From: Balanoglossus misakiensis
Lineage: Eukaryota; Animalia; Hemichordata
Assembly: GCA_040954595.2 (NCBI GenBank)
Contig: CM082582.2
Coordinates: 8,731,383 to 8,795,382 of the forward strand
Length of the DNA stretch: 64,000 bases
Reading direction: 5' to 3'
Part shown: positions 26,063-41,600 of the stretch, piece by piece
Position numbering within the stretch: position 1 is the first letter of the stretch
Layout of the letters: the number at the start of each line of letters is the position of its first letter
Notes under the pieces: model-generated
What the model saw: the letters and a program-made list of their open reading frames with translations, nothing else
The model's database searches: none
Told to the model about the DNA's origin: nothing
Made by a program: the position numbers and the translations under genes

Positions 26063-27391
26063 TTTCTTCTGCTTCAAATATAGGACATTAGGTATTTGTG
26101 GTTCTATAATTATATTTTTGACCAGAGTAAATTCGTCTGCTCGAAGAATCCAGTGTGTGCATAATGTCGAGTTCGTTTTACTGGAAGAAACCGCAGTGAT
26201 CCGTTATGAAATTAGAAAAGGGCATCGCCCTTTTCTTTGCGTTAAGGCCACTTATTCAACCGAGTTTGTTGGAATATGTGCCTTCCTGTGTTTTCACTGC
26301 GAAGGTTCTGTATTTGCGTTGGTATCCCCATGGCAACGGTCCGTGACCTTCTGAATCACAAGTCTGCAAATCGGCCGCACAAAGCACTGCAAATGTAGCT
26401 CGGTTGTATGACAGTCAGCGTTCACGTCGCTTCATTCAACTGTGCGTGTACATTGCAGCAAATCAATCATTGACAATAAGGTTTCGTGATTTCGGTGCAT
26501 TCAATGTTCTTAATTTCTGGGATTTATAAAGATCCGTTACGAAATGGATTTTGGTGGAACAGCGTACTACCGCCTCAACACAACACTTACTACATGTAAG
26601 AGAGCGCCCTCTCCGCTGCCGACGGGTACTGCCAACTATTTTAAGTCACAGAGAATACTGCAACAGTCTCTAATCCAGTCAATGTGACTGGAACAAAGTG
26701 TTGCAAATTACCGACGTGTACATCTGCATTATTCGGCTAAACCAACACCATTGTTGATTATTTACTTTTGTCAATACGCAAGTACGCCGAACACCCCGGC
26801 TTCGGCGCGCAGGAATAAGAGATTTGAAGGGATTTCGTCATCGATTAGGGATGATCCATTTTAAGTTTCGATCGGAGAGACTGCGTTTTTTTTGTCATTA
26901 GCGTTCGTCAGATTTTAGCCAACTAATTACCCCCATTATGCTTATGAAAACAAAGGCCTATTGAAAGGGGTGGACAATGAAAGGGAAGTCAATTTGAATA
27001 ACTGATATTGATTTGACTGTCGCACAAAACAGAACTGTCAATTTCAATGCTGCGCCAGTCCGCCCGCAGACTGACTCTTAACACGGGCAGCTTTGAATGC
27101 CAATTTCCATGATCAAGGCAAAAAAAAAACACACGCGAAGAAGTCACGAACATTGACGTCACGGAAAGGTCATGGCTGCGCGACTGAAAGGGAATCTTTC
27201 CATTTCAGTCGTTCCGTTCGTTCAGTGTTTTGTGGAGAGATCGTGCGTTGTTGTATAATGTCTGCGGAGTGGTTTTTTTTCTGTATAGATCACGTGGCAA
27301 GACACCCACGATAAACAGCAGCATGATTTAGAAATAGAAACATATTTTTATCGACCGTTTCTTTAAATATTCGAGACCCATCATGCCAGTT

Positions 27392-27466
27392 GACAGACAG
27401 GCAGGCAGACAGACACGATAGACAGAGAGAGAGAGAGAGACAGAGGCAGAGAGTCAGGGACAGAGA
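27392..27466 (+). repeat. Compound (GACA)/(GA) microsatellite
   Basis: Directly visible imperfect GACA/GA runs. Confidence 0.8.
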
Positions 27467-30400
27467 GGGGGGCAATAGTACTATGACACGATGCATTTTA
27501 CAGACAGTATATTCAGTTATTCTTGGAAAATGCTCTGGTTGTGTGAAATCCATCTTTCCACTGGTGACTACTATTTTCACTGTTTATACACAGCAGCTGT
27601 TTGAAGCCACTCAATAGGCAACAATCAGTACATGGAAATCTGTTGTTAGAATTGAATGATTCGCGTACGGAGAATGGATCCAGCGCATTATTCCCCCATT
27701 TTCACCCATCAAGCTCTATTTGCTCCGGTTTTGTTGGGAGGGCGGGGCAAATCTACCGATGTTCAGTGGTTACACTTTATATAGCTATGATGATGCTGAG
27801 GGTTTTTAATCCCCCGATTGTGGGCAAGCGTGATAAAATATTGAATTTTAGAATCTGTGAGGGTTTGTGTTTTGGTCGACAATTCCTGCCTGCGGGTGAG
27901 TGTTTGCAAAAGATATTCTGTCGGCGCTCATCGATTTCGTCTGCAGCGCAGTGTCACGATCGATATCGATACTCATCCGCTGTGCCATGCACGCAGAAGT
28001 AGAACTTTCAATTTTCCATTCGTTGGCATTTTTTCTCTTAAAGCGTTAAATGTGTAATTTTTGTTAGCATTTGGTGATAATGGCAAATCATTTCAAAGTC
28101 CTCGAAACGTGCTTAGCCCGGACGAAGAGGTGGTGATTGTGTGAGTAATCGAATTTCGGAGTGTAAAGTGTGCGACAATCGGGCTGACGGCAGGGCCTTC
28201 AAGCTGTCTGGCCGTGTAATACAGATGTCGGCGACTGCAATCGGTGTCACCAGTCACTACGTATACAGAACAGCGACCGCTGACACAAGGCCCGTTAACT
28301 TTTCACACTATATCTAGTTCGCCTACGTCTTATCCAATCCCGAAGCAAAGACGGATTCATGTGGCACTCAGTGAATTGCGGCTGTCAATCTTGTTAAAGC
28401 TTCGTGATTTTTGTTGCGTTTTTTTAAATACCACTCGTTTTGAAGAAATTGGCCTTAGCGAGAGAGAGCAAATTTTCTATTCGCACGTCTCACTCTAGTT
28501 GTCAGCCTACATTCGAAATGCCAGCCCGTATCATCACACCATGCCTTCATTAAATTCACTGCGAAATTATACAATGGAGCCATAATTGTGCATTTAAACC
28601 TGTTTTTTAGAAAATTTTAAGCGCATTTACGAAGCTATTAAAAACATAATGCGGAATTTTAATATCGACTAAAGGGGAACAAATAGCACCATGCATGTAC
28701 GCGGCGTTGCGGTACATTCATGTCGACGTGCATTTTTCAAGCAAGGCGACCCAAAGCGTGTTCCAGCCGACTTTTCCCCTTGTCAGTGTATTGAACTCGT
28801 AATCTGTCTCTGGTTTGATTGACACGTACCGCCAATAAAGGATGCCATTGTGCTATTGACATCGGTATATTAAGCGTATAAAAAAGCAATTGTATTTCCG
28901 ATGCCATAAAGAGTGATTGAAATGTTGTCATTTATTTATTCAATTGATGTTACGTTTTTTTTTTGTATTCATATCTGGCTGGGCAAAGAGGCGTTCGATC
29001 GTCGCGTGTAGTCCAGCGAGGATTGTAATTTTAACGGAATTATTTGCTTTCACGAGAGCGTTCCTCTGACGCAATGAGCCCTTCAGTGAATTAAAGCAAT
29101 TTCGACAACAATGTATAAGGACAGTTCAGAGTACATTTGAACACAAAAAATGACTACACAATTTCAATGCGATCGCGAGTGTGCCACTCTTTTAAGTGGA
29201 GGTTGTCCGGGCGTCCACTGTGACGTCCCTGGCTTTCGTTTTTTTTTTCTGTTTGGTCTGACAGCACGCTCGTTCGCCACTAATCCATTCTGCCAGCTTC
29301 TCTATCGTTATTTTTTCTTTCGTAAAAAAGAGGAAAGCTTAACGGTCTGTGCTCGCCGGCGTCTAAGCTGATATTGCATAAGACTTCTCTCTCACGAAAA
29401 AAAAAATCACGGAAACATTGCGTTTTGCGCTGAAAAGGAGAGGAAAGCGTTTAAAATATTAAGGTTTAATTCTCTCTATTGATGGGACGCTGACAGGAAA
29501 CTTTGAGTCACGTTGGAACAGAGCTCGGCGAAGACTTTGGGAACAACGCTATTCATCCACAACTCTCGCCCTGCAAGAAAATTCTTCCCATAGTACAGAA
29601 CCTTTGGATATGTCAATCAAAATGTTAAATTGGCAATTTCATTCGGCAGTCGCGTTTCTAGTTGCCTGCCTTCGAGGAGCATTAGAGTTTATTGGCTCGA
29701 TCGACGTGCACACGATCAGTGGATTTTCCCTGCTCGGGATTGAACTCTAGCTTATAATTATCTTCTTGCCGCTAAAAATGCGTCAGGTACTCGGGGTACA
29801 AGTGACGTATCGATCTGGACCTCTTAAGGGGACAAAGTCGCAAACTTTTGGCGTTATTTTGGTTAGTTTATAAAATAAAATAAACGGAATGTATTTGAGT
29901 ATGGGGGAGGGGTTAGAGTGACTGCAGCGGTAAGTTTTTGTCCCCATTTCAGTGTTTTATAAAGCATACTTCAGTTTCTTGCTTCAACGTTAACGCGTAC
30001 AAATGCGCAGTCGCTCCTCTTGCAACGACTCGGCCTGTACGTGCCTGAGTTAGACATCGAGGGTGGCGACTGGGGTGTATGTAGTGCAGTGTACGGCTGG
30101 CCTATCCCCTCGTACCCGCCGCTGAGATTAGTGTATCCAGTGATCACCGTACTATATGATCGGGTTGGAATCTGATATGGCAATTTTCAGCACCGTGTGA
30201 GTCAGTTTTATTTCGAAAACACATCTCGGCATACTTGCTACTACCGTTCGGAGACGGTAAAAGTTTTTAAAACTCGCACAGCAAATAACAGACTGCGCCA
30301 GACCTCAGAAAAAAATTCGGTTGCATGACTCACGTAAAAATTGGGCGTGAATTTTGATTGCATGACTCAAATAACGTGTAACGGTGGGTGTGTGACGTAT

Positions 30401-32120
30401 AACTTAGCGTTTGCGCGCACGCGATTGTCCAATCGCGTTGCGTCATTGTTTTGCTGAATTCTGAACTTTATTTCTTCGTTTAAAAAAAACTTTCTCTGGC
30501 ATATCCTTGTTGAACGTTACGCGCCACACAAGCAGCCAGTGGCAATATAATGACTTGACTGTGATCGTGCCCATTGACCGCTAATTATTATTCATTAACC
30601 ACATCCATACATTTCCAACGAGGCTCATTCTGTATAGTCTACGAAATAACTCCAATTATGGTCATATGTTTCCGTGGAAAGTTTCGTCAAAATAATCTGA
30701 TTTTATTGAATATGGTGCAGTGAATCGACGGTAAAAATGCATTCAGGTTTAAATGTCACTTCCCACAAAATATTTCAAATGTTTTTTTATAGTACACGTC
30801 CTTTGTCTCAGTCACGGTATCCAATATTATTTATTGTGTACGCAGTATTCTTATATGCAGGCAGCTGTGGTGAGAAAATCGGTCGATATCATTGTTTTTT
30901 CAAAATACGTATATTGCACAGGATAAATGTGTCTAATAATAGCATGGTATGTTTGGGCATAAACCGTGCAAACTCTATATATTCTCAAATGTTGTAAAAT
31001 ACCGGGTGGCGTACAAATTGCAAATATTGAAGTTGCTCGTTCGATATTCAAGCACTATATGTGTACATTGTCAGTTACACAATTTATTTCTGATCATTAA
31101 ATTAATTAATATTAATTGGGAAATTGAAGAAAAACCTTCCGTGCTTAAATAAATCAGGGTTGAGACTTAAAAAAGCATCACATTGAATCAGCACACAGCG
31201 AAAGCAACAGTCACAGAGAACATGTCGTGCTGGTGAGAGTAGAGACGAGATGTGGCAAACCAATGAAAGGTAACATATCCGACAGCATGTCTGTTAAAAA
31301 TTGACCTTTGCAACCGACAGCAGTTGGAATACAAACCAGTACATGGCATTTGTACATTTCAATGCCATTCATCGGCGCTGTCACGTCGCAACTACCTGCC
31401 GCGACCCGGCATACCTATGGTCCGATCTCGTTGCTTGCGTTTACTTTAGCAACTAGCGGGTATATACATGGGAAATGGTCGTGATTTCGGGGCTCAGACG
31501 GAGCTCTGGGGAAGGAAACGTCGCTTGCTTGTTTTGGGCCACATTTCGAGAGGTCCGTGTGGGTTGATTTTTTTTTGTTTCTTTCCCCCCGCGAGGCTGT
31601 TTACGTTCCAGAACAGCCGCTGCGAATGAACGAGCCCCCTTCCAGCAGATCCCGGTCCCCCGCAGTTTGAGTGACACGAGGACTCCAATACTAATCAACG
31701 GGTTTCCTGAAAAGGCTGCGGTAAACAGTGACGGCAGAACCGCTGTGCGTGCATATCTCTGGCCAATGGATTCAGCGATACTGGACTCCCATTGGGGGCA
31801 ACAGAAAGCGACGGGCCGTGCTCGCTGCCGACGCCACTCCCCGTTCCGCTCGTCAACCGCCTCGGAGATTGGCAGCCCATCGGCGCGTGAACGTCCAAAC
31901 AGCAATTGTACTTGGTTAATGTTTTCGTCGCTTCCTGAGAGAGCACTTTTCGCGCAGTCGTCGGTGGTGAACCAGTTAGCAGAGCCGCGCGAAGTCGGCT
32001 CGCTGTCTCCCGGAGGGGTGCGACTTGGCAGAGAAGGGCCATTCATTGATGACATCTTTTGTGTGAAACAGTAAAAGCCCTGAATACATCATCGAGAGTT
32101 ACTCATTTTGTACGGGGATC

Positions 32121-33645
32121 ATGGCGGCCAACACACTGGCCACTGATTACAACGACGGGACTGTGTTTTTAGCCTACTTTCTGCTCATCTGCCAGGTCTG
32201 CTCCGTGCTGACGCCGTCCGCAGCCGCCTTCAATATCAGTAAGTACAAACCTTCTGCTAGTGCTACCGGCTTTACGCACACCACTTTGGCCGCTGGCGAG
32301 TAACGAAATCTTGCGTGCCCTGATAAGTCGTATAACCCCGCACACCTATATAAATGTATACATCTTAGCGTTGAACTTTCCTCTTGTGACAAGGTATTGA
32401 AACTGTTACTGCGTACAGGGGCAGCGTCTTCACCCGTCATACCTGCCGGGCACTCTGTCTCCTTATCTGCCCTCTTGCATCGCCCAAGACGTCACTTACA
32501 ATTTACGAGGAAGCATTACCGGTGGAAGTCAAGTGTGACCGATGTGCGTGGATCGTCTATGTCGATTTCACGGTATTTTGAGATGATTTGTAAAAGGCGG
32601 AGCACTCGCCTCATTATACAAACAACTTTCACTGGTCGCGTACGGCCGTCTGCGCCCTTTCAATCAATATTTATCTTTGCCGTCTAATTCGCCCGAGAGC
32701 TATTTGCTCGCCAAACACGATTAGTTTAGGAGTTAAACCGTCTAGTGCTCTCGACTGAGTGATTTTTTTTCGCTGCTGACTAAGGGTATCAATTTAGGGG
32801 TCTTCGCACCCATACAGGGCCTTGTCAAAACGGCTCCCGCGCGACTAAATGAAACCACGGCGTAATCACTGCCATTAACAGCACAAAAAGACGATTTGAT
32901 CGGGAGCATAGCAATGACGCTGACCCGGGTTTCACGTCCAACCGTTTTAGCGCTTTAGCGCTGCCCCGGCGTGTGGGACTCGAATCGACCGACGACAGTT
33001 TCCTACTTTCAATGATTTGATACAATCCTCTCCAACTGCAACACCGGCGAAGCCCTAGCTCTCGCATAAAACGAGTTTTTTATTCTCTTCCCCTTCAGCA
33101 AATGCCCCGCTGAATGTGCGCAGTTGCTTTGTTTACAGAATGTATTCAATTGTTGGAAGGGTTTGGTGTGAAAACGCAGTGGAGGGGAATGAACGAGGTC
33201 GACTCGTTCACGCGTCAAGGCGGTTAGCCTCAGCCCGAGCGAAAAATAAGGCGTTGTTTGCGTTTAATCAACTGTCACAAGCGATATATGTTCGATGGGA
33301 ACGAAGAACGCAGCCCACGTGTCGATTTCACTTCACTTTTCAATTGAGTGTGTACATTTCACGCTGTCAACGTATCTGTGCCACCTTCGGTAATCGTAGG
33401 GGCGGTCACATGGGTGGGGCCGACACTTAGCTGTTGACACAGCCTGAATAAACTGTACCCAAATAACCTTACTGTATATGTTTATGCTAGATAAACTGAC
33501 TAGTAGAATATGTACTATGTATGTACATGTATGTATGTATGTATGTATGTATGTATGTATGTATGTATGTATGTATGTATGTATGTATGTATGTATGTAT
33601 GTATGTATGTATGTATGTATGTATGTATGTATGTATGTATGTATG

Positions 33646-33677
<32 letters not shown>

Positions 33678-36600
33678 GTAATTGTCCAAGTTAAATTTAT
33701 CTCATTGACGGTGCCAATTAAATTTCCCGTCAGTTTCGAGCGACAGAGTAAAAATTCTAAAACCGTAGATAATTATTTTTTTCGGTCAACGCACCCGGAA
33801 AATACAACTTGTCAGCACAATGATCTTTGTTGGGGGTTTCGAACAAATGCACGGGAATCCAAAATATTTTAGTGAACATTTGACGTCTGTGGTGTAGAGC
33901 GCAGTGCGAGTTGCATTAGCGAGAAGCGTAAAGTGGATGCTTTGTTTATATTAAATATCTCCGTGTCCTTACCACCCAAAGTCGGTATATCAACACTCGC
34001 CATGGTGTCAAAACACAATCAAACAAGAGTCAGCGAGTATCGACCAGCGTTTATTCTAGGCGCTGAGCTCAAGGTGACAAAAAGTAACGTCGTTTGCTTT
34101 ATGCCCGTTCAAGAGGCTAAGTTTGCACGCAATGTATGACTGCCGCGGCGAGACGATATCTCGCAGCGACACGCGATCCTGGCGAATTGTACGCGATTTT
34201 TTGTTGGCGTACTGTTGTCCTATTTGTCAATCATTCGTTGACTCGAAAGTGAATCGTTTAGACTTTTTTACCCTTTTCAACTGGTAGCGTAGCTGAGTCG
34301 ACAAAGCCCGACGCAGATGTGCGATAAACCGTCACAATACTGGACCGTGTCCCGGCGTTGTTATTTAACCTGTCGCAGCCGTTTTTACCCGCAAAGACTA
34401 CGTTATAGAGAGAGTTTCATGGTCGGTGAACCGCCATTCGCGAGGTTAAATTGTCCAAAATTTCAAGAAAATTGCCTTGAAACAGCCTCGTCAGTTCTCA
34501 AATGTGAAACTCGAGGGAATGTACAGCAAGATTACAAATAACAAAATGAATACTTTTGAGGTTAGCCTGTCCGTGTTTCCCTATCACCGTGTTACTATGG
34601 GCACCTGCCCTAATTGCTCTCAAGGAGAAATCTCCGGAAAACGCACCAGAATTGTATTTGCCAATTATTAATGTCTGTCTTTGACACGCTGACGTACACG
34701 ACTTGAACGGCGGATATGAAATACATCTATTCAGAGCCAACGATAATTAAGGCATAAGCACTATAATGGACACAAAGTCAAGGCGACTCTCACGATTTTA
34801 TGACTACACCAACATTCCAGATACTTGTACATGTATATCGTTCGATCTGATGCAATCTAATAATATGTTGTATGTGTACATACCTGTGTGAAGGTAGAGC
34901 TAAAGGAATTTTATACATATTGGCAAAATACATTTGTATCAGTAAATTTCAACATAAAATTTAATAGACAGTGAGTCATTTTCATCATTAATTTCGTTTA
35001 TGTACAAATGAAATGAGCACGTGAACATAAGCTGGTCTGTACAGTTGTAAGACATGCAAACAAAAACAAAAAAGCAAATGAATAAATAGTCTATTGTTTC
35101 TTTTGCAGCATATGCGCAAGAAGACATAAACGGCGACTGCTGGCAGTATGTCAGGTACCGCGGAGGCAAGGTGTCGTCACACCCTGGATACGGTTACTAT
35201 GCGGACAACGCCGACTGCAAAGTCACCGTGATGACGGACACCAAGAAGCGCGTGCACCTTCGCTTCGAGTACTTCGACCTGGCCCAGTCCACCAACTGCT
35301 ACCAGGACGAGCTGGTGGTGTACGACGGCAAGACGTTCTTCAGCCCGCTGCTGACGGGCACTATGCACGGACTGTGCGGCGACCGCATGCCCGTGCACCT
35401 GGTGTCGACCGGCAACCTGCTGACCATCCGCTTCATCACGGACAACATCGAGTCCAGCAACCGGGGATTCTCGCTCATTTACACAACCATTGTCCCCGAG
35501 GAAATGCAGACAGGTAGCGTACCGGTCCTATTTCGATTATAGAGTGTCGCATCGATTAGTGCATGTGGAGTGTGAATGAACCTGTCAGCGTCGCTCATAT
35601 CGGGAGGGGATTACAATATACCATAGAATTCTGCCATGCCACACAGATAGATGTATGTGTTTATTTCACATGTAACCATAGTTCTATTTTTAAGTTCAAA
35701 ACAAGGCCAGCTTCTACTCATCTCCCCCGCCCATCCTTTTAGGGGCGCCTTTCACAGGCGAAACTGTCTGACCAAAAGGGGGCTTCATGCGTCGACGTCT
35801 CAGCAATGTCATTCACAGTCCATTCTTCTGCGGCCAGACAATGGTCCGAGGGGGGACGGACTGGGTCTTCGCTTGTTTTTTTTTTCTCGCATAGAGGAGC
35901 TGTCCATTCAGCCTCCGTCGGGGTGTGCTAAACCGCGAACAAAGGGGACAAAAACTACGACGGCGGGGTGCACGGCCCACTGCGCTTTCTTCAAGCCGTG
36001 CCCAAAGACACATGGAGAGACGGAGAAAGGGGGCAAATTACCGGGACTTATGCGGGGACACAATGACCAAATAAATGGCTCTTTTCATTCCCGAAGACTG
36101 GCTACAGTAAACCCGGGGTAAAAAAAGCCACCGTTTCAAAGCATAGAAAAATAATTACCCTGCCTTGTGATCCCGTGCACATAGGCAAATGACGGGACTG
36201 CTATAGTCTGGCTTCGATACTTAGGACCCCTTCCTGAGTGGTCACTCTTGAGAAAAAAAATGGTTACATTCACCCAGAATTTTCCGCGGACGAAGTGAAA
36301 GTTATACTGGATGAAAATATTACAATTGTTTTCTTTGTCTATTAACCATGCTAAATGTAGTTTCAATCTGATGGTCAGTCTGAGCTATGGCGCGACGGTC
36401 CGAGCAACACGTTTTATTTATCATGATTTCCGCGATTGGCGCAGACTCACAAAAAATCGCTGCGCACGCGAGGGTATAGGGCACTAGTTATTTCGCAACC
36501 TGACCGACAAATCGCGTCAGTCGCCTTTACCGACGGCATTCAATGGTTTCAGTCGACGCGGAATGTGTGTTTAATATGAATTGGCAAGCATTGAGAATGA

Positions 36601-38585
36601 ACCGCTGTGGTGTTCATTAACGTGTGACGGCAGATGTCAGGATGAATCAGAATGTGCTCGCCCCAGAAGTAGTAAATTGACGTTGAATTAGTGTCACTTA
36701 TGTCGGCCTCGCTCTAAATCGGTGTCGCTGTGTCTGGCAACGATGTTCCACTGTCGGACCGTTCACATTCACGATTTTTTCTCGTAGTTTGCTCTTGCGG
36801 ATGAATCTGTTGACTGCGATCGACTTAAAAATAAAACAGCAGATGTTTTCATTTGTTGAGGAGATGATCGAAAAAGCGAAAACGTCCACCTCCCGGGGAG
36901 ATAAGCATTACGTTTACGCACTTGATGGAATCGTTACGAATCTGTTCCAATCTGTTCTGCTCTTCAACCCTCGTTCAACAACTTGATCTTTTTAATAGAA
37001 CGTGATAGTGAGGTCATGTCATTATCTCTTCTGTTTTTGTTCAGTCAAGGGGTATGCCCGTCCAGATGTCCAAATGCAGCGTTAGCCGAGATATCGTAAA
37101 CCACAGCTTGCACTGTACATTTCTGCAACACACATTCAGTTTATTATTTGAGCCATTTTTTTTTCGAAGAAAATTGACACGAATCTCTGTAAGCCTACCC
37201 AATCATGACAAAATTATCATTCATTTTAATTTCTCAATTTCCGTAATTAAGATACTTGTCGGAGTATAAGTTTGTATCTCAGACGTTTGAATCGATCGGT
37301 AGAATTGACAAAAATAAATTACAACCGGTCATGACAAGGGACTGCGTATTAAACGAGGAAGTCGCGTGTGTAACTCGCCCTAATTAGAAGTGACATCGTT
37401 TCCGGGTTAGCCTTCAGTTTCCATAGAAAAGACGGGTTTGACAGACAGCGTGTGCGCGGATAGCTTTCACTCCAACTTTCATCCCGCGCAACGAACGACA
37501 ATATGGCGTCATCACTAGAATTTAATTTGTTTATAGCACTTCTTCTTCCTAAAATGACAATACGACAATGACATTGCAGTCGCCAATAATGCGATAATGG
37601 CCGCCCACTCACAGTGAATGTGGCCCACTGCATGTATGTATGCATGTGTACGCCGTGCATGGAGAATTTAACCTTCCATTTGCTTTTCATTGCATATGTT
37701 TCAGTGTACACGTATGTATGCAACGCATGTGTGTCTGCCTGCCTGTGCTAAATTCAAATCCCCAGAGAGGCCTTGACCGGGTGGGCCCCCAAATTCAAGG
37801 GCTCGATCACTTTATCAGAGATCGCTGCACTATTTGTAATTCACACCTCTGGGTCGTTGAGCGACTTCTCGCCGGCCGTACACCTCGCGCCAAAATTGTT
37901 CAGTTCATACGCAGTCGTTTAGATTACGGCAGTCTGTGCAGTCTCTAGCAACTATGACAACCAGAATTGTTGCCATTCATCGTGATTCGTCTCCTCTATA
38001 ACCTTGCGGAAACCGTTTCGCCGAGATAAAACGGGGACTCCAATGAACGTTTCGCGAATGACATTTATTTAGGTGCATCGTTCTATTGACGACGGCATGT
38101 AGTGTCAAAAAATATTTAAATGGGACATCGTCAGTTTATTTTTAGCACACACAACGTGACACAGTTATTGATGGCGACTCAAACTTCCCCTCGTTTGCGT
38201 AATTGTCGGAAATTGACAACTCTTTTCAGAAATCACGTTATATCGCGGTGGGCCGTGGAAATACGTGTCGGCTCCGTTCTGAATCGGGAATAGACGCGAG
38301 ATCACAAGATCTAACCTGCATAGTTCACCAAAGGCGAACTCTGCGCATGTAACTGTCCCCGAGTCCCTGGTTATATCCCTTTAGAGGTTATCTGCATTTA
38401 ATACTTATATAGCGTGTTTTCATTTTCATTGAAATATTTATCAAGGTTAACCGCTATGCTTTTAAATAAAGCTGTCAGCTCTCCCATCTTAAGCCGTCCG
38501 TGACAAATGTATAGATGGACAATTTTGCAACTGATAAAACATTTTGAAATTGGGCAGAAATATGTATCGTTCGTTAGTTTATAAC

Positions 38586-38616
<31 letters not shown>

Positions 38617-41600
38617 AGTCAGTCAGTCTGTCTGTCTGTCTATCTCCTCTCTCTCTCTCTCTCTCTCGATGATTGATGATGATTGTGATGATGATGATGA
38701 TGGTGGTGGTGATGATGATGATGGTGATGATGACGAAGACGATGTGACTCAGTAAACCGACACTATCATCGTCACAACCACCACCACCACCACCATCATT
38801 GTTATCTTCATGAATCACCGTCATCTACTTTGCCCTCTTTGTGAACATCATAAACTTCATTATAAATACGTTCACGCATCAAAGGGGGAAAATAAATGTA
38901 ATTTCCTGGTTTCCGGCGTTTTATTATTTTTTTCTGTCAAGATAAACTAAACTTAACAAGAAACCATCTCTCCACAGATGAGAGTTCTTGTTTCCGGTGC
39001 CAAGATGACAGCTTCTGCATAGATAACAGTTTAAAATGTGATGGTTTGGAAAACTGTGAAGACGGCAGTGACGAGGACGTTGACCTTTGTTTCGGTAAGG
39101 CTTCAAGTTCATTATTAGTGCTTGTGAAGGTTTGGCTTTGCGGCGTGATTTCTCGTAGTGGCCGTTACTCACCCGCTCGCCGCGCGGCACGGACTGCAGG
39201 TGAAATGTCGGGGGGCGGTTCTGTTGAAATGACCGGAGGGGAGGGGGCTCTTGAAGAAGAGCTGAGGGGGTTCCAGCTGTCGTGCTTGATTTTTTATCGC
39301 CCGAAGCCTCGCTCTTTATCCACACGCATTGACTTCAAGAGTGCACTCATCCCTGAGATTTGACGTGGCGTCTCCTCGTCATCCAAAATATGAAGAGGCT
39401 TCTTAATTGCCGGCGCGTGGCCAGAGGATGGCAACGCGTTGCGTAACGGGCCCTTTGAAAGGAAATGATAAAAAGGAGAGGAAAGCCTCCGAAAACACTA
39501 AATGCAAATTAGACTCCGAAAACACTAAATGCAAATTAGACCACTCATGAAAGCGCAATTTCATGTCCGATTATATCGCTAGAACAAGTACCCAGAAGAG
39601 TCGCCCACTCTGAAACAAAGATACTCGGTCGCTCGTTGTTGTGTGCGGAATTGCACTCAATTGTCCGGCGTGGTCATCGGGGCGACGTATCGATTTCACG
39701 CCTCCCTGCCCGTTATTTCAGTCGAATAAAGACGAACTCGGAGCGTGAAATTGACTAAACACCCTTGTCGTTTAGATACGCGGATTTCAAGCGCCACTGC
39801 ACGGGTGAAACAATATACCAGGCGCGTGCTGGTGCATTGTTCCTCGTCTCGTTATCTCTTCCTTGTATACCTGACCCGATTAGAGTTAATGAAGCATGTG
39901 GAAGTAGGACGACAATTGTGTTTTTTTTTTCCTATTTCATCTTCCACGACCGTCGACCCATCTCTTTTGTGCGACAGGTCGAGCAGATGCATTCAAATAG
40001 AAATCGCTCGCGGCTTTGGAATACTTATTCACAGAATGGACACAATATACCAAAATAAAAAAAAGACACAGCTGACGGATATAATCCGAGAGAGATTTCA
40101 ATAGTGTGTCGCCTTGTTTACCCAAAAGTTTCAGATGTGCAGTGCCCATACCAAAGTGCAGCTAACAAATCTTAGAAAGAATTCACAAAAAGGAAGACGA
40201 AGAAATTATTTTCGAAGAGCGTTTATTACAGTAGCAACTGTATAAAATCTACAACTGCGTCAAATTACATTAAAATGTACATGATATCATGAACACAAAT
40301 ACAGATCACCATCCTTAATCAAACAAACAGCCGAGTGCAAGTTGGCCAAAACATTTCGAAAAAGCCCTGAATGATATCCACGGAGCCACACTTTCCAAAC
40401 CTCGTCGACCAAATAATTAGTGAATACTTGATAATTCTTATCTCAGACAGCGCTAAGCTTTCCCGTCTGCTGCGTCTCGGCGCTTTATCACCTAGGCGAC
40501 AATTTCGCGTTTCTGTCTCCCTAGAAACCGACGTCCATATCTCATCGGAAACGCTCTTTATGAATCTCCGTTACCCAGATTAGGAGCGAGTTTCCCCGTG
40601 TAATGGCAATAGCCGTGGCTGACGGAACATATTTGTGACGTGTTGGTTACGGCGGGACCGTTGTCTCTGACGAGAATTGTCATGCTGGTTTGTTGAGAGT
40701 CTTCCCCGGCACAAATTCTTTAGATAGGGCTGTCTATTGTCTCAAATGATCTTATTGTTGTTTTAATTGGTCGCGCAGAAAGCAGAATTCCTTGTAGGCC
40801 TGTGCTTGGTGACGACTCGGAATCGAAAACAAAGGGTGCATGGGGAGAACCCTACTGCCCCGTCTCGCCGGTCTGGTAGTGCGGCAAAATTAATGAAGAG
40901 AGCCTCGCAAGTGTTCGCCAAACAATCGCACTCTGCGGGCCCGACGACTCGAAGTATTTACCTTCCAATGAACGTCACTTAGCGTACTCGACAAATTCAA
41001 TTAAACATTCTATTAGGCCGGCCCGAGATGTATTGACTGTGTTTTTTTTGCTCGACTTGAAAAGCGATGAAGTGAACGCGTTGACTGCCCCGTTCCAAGG
41101 ATTGTCGCTTTCAATAGGAGTGCTCGCCGTTCGATCATCAACAACTCATTATAACTGTCAATGTGACAGAAGAATGTCATTACAGCTCACGCAACATTGT
41201 GTCTCGAAAGTCCCAGCACGAGAATACGGATTATCTGTCCGTGAAATTTTTTTCACCAGAGTTTTGTAACGAAACAAGGAGCCTGCCACCCGGAAACTCG
41301 GATGAAACGCTAACTTCAGCAAGAGCCATTAGACACTAAACGCACACTGAATGAGTTTTTTTGCCTCTCTTTATTTTTTCCACTTTCCTAATGGTTGAAA
41401 AGTAAATAGCAAGAACAAGTCCTTGTCGCTATTTTCTATTCGGTGGTAATCATTATTACACGTCTCTGTCTGGAGCGTCACGTGCATTTTGTGGAATACT
41501 AATGATTATTATAGCCGTGGTAATTTTTGTGTTTTTTTTTTCATAAGCATTACAACTCTTTCTGTAATCATCGCAGTATTATTATAGATATTAAGTCGTT

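Noticed and set aside
31453-32074. Overlapping ORFs (200 aa minus, 135 aa plus)
   Set aside because: GC-rich probable 5' UTR or promoter of the CUB gene; no domain-like sequence.
33333-33872. YIHT/MYVC repeat ORFs
   Set aside because: Translations of the (ATGT)n microsatellite.
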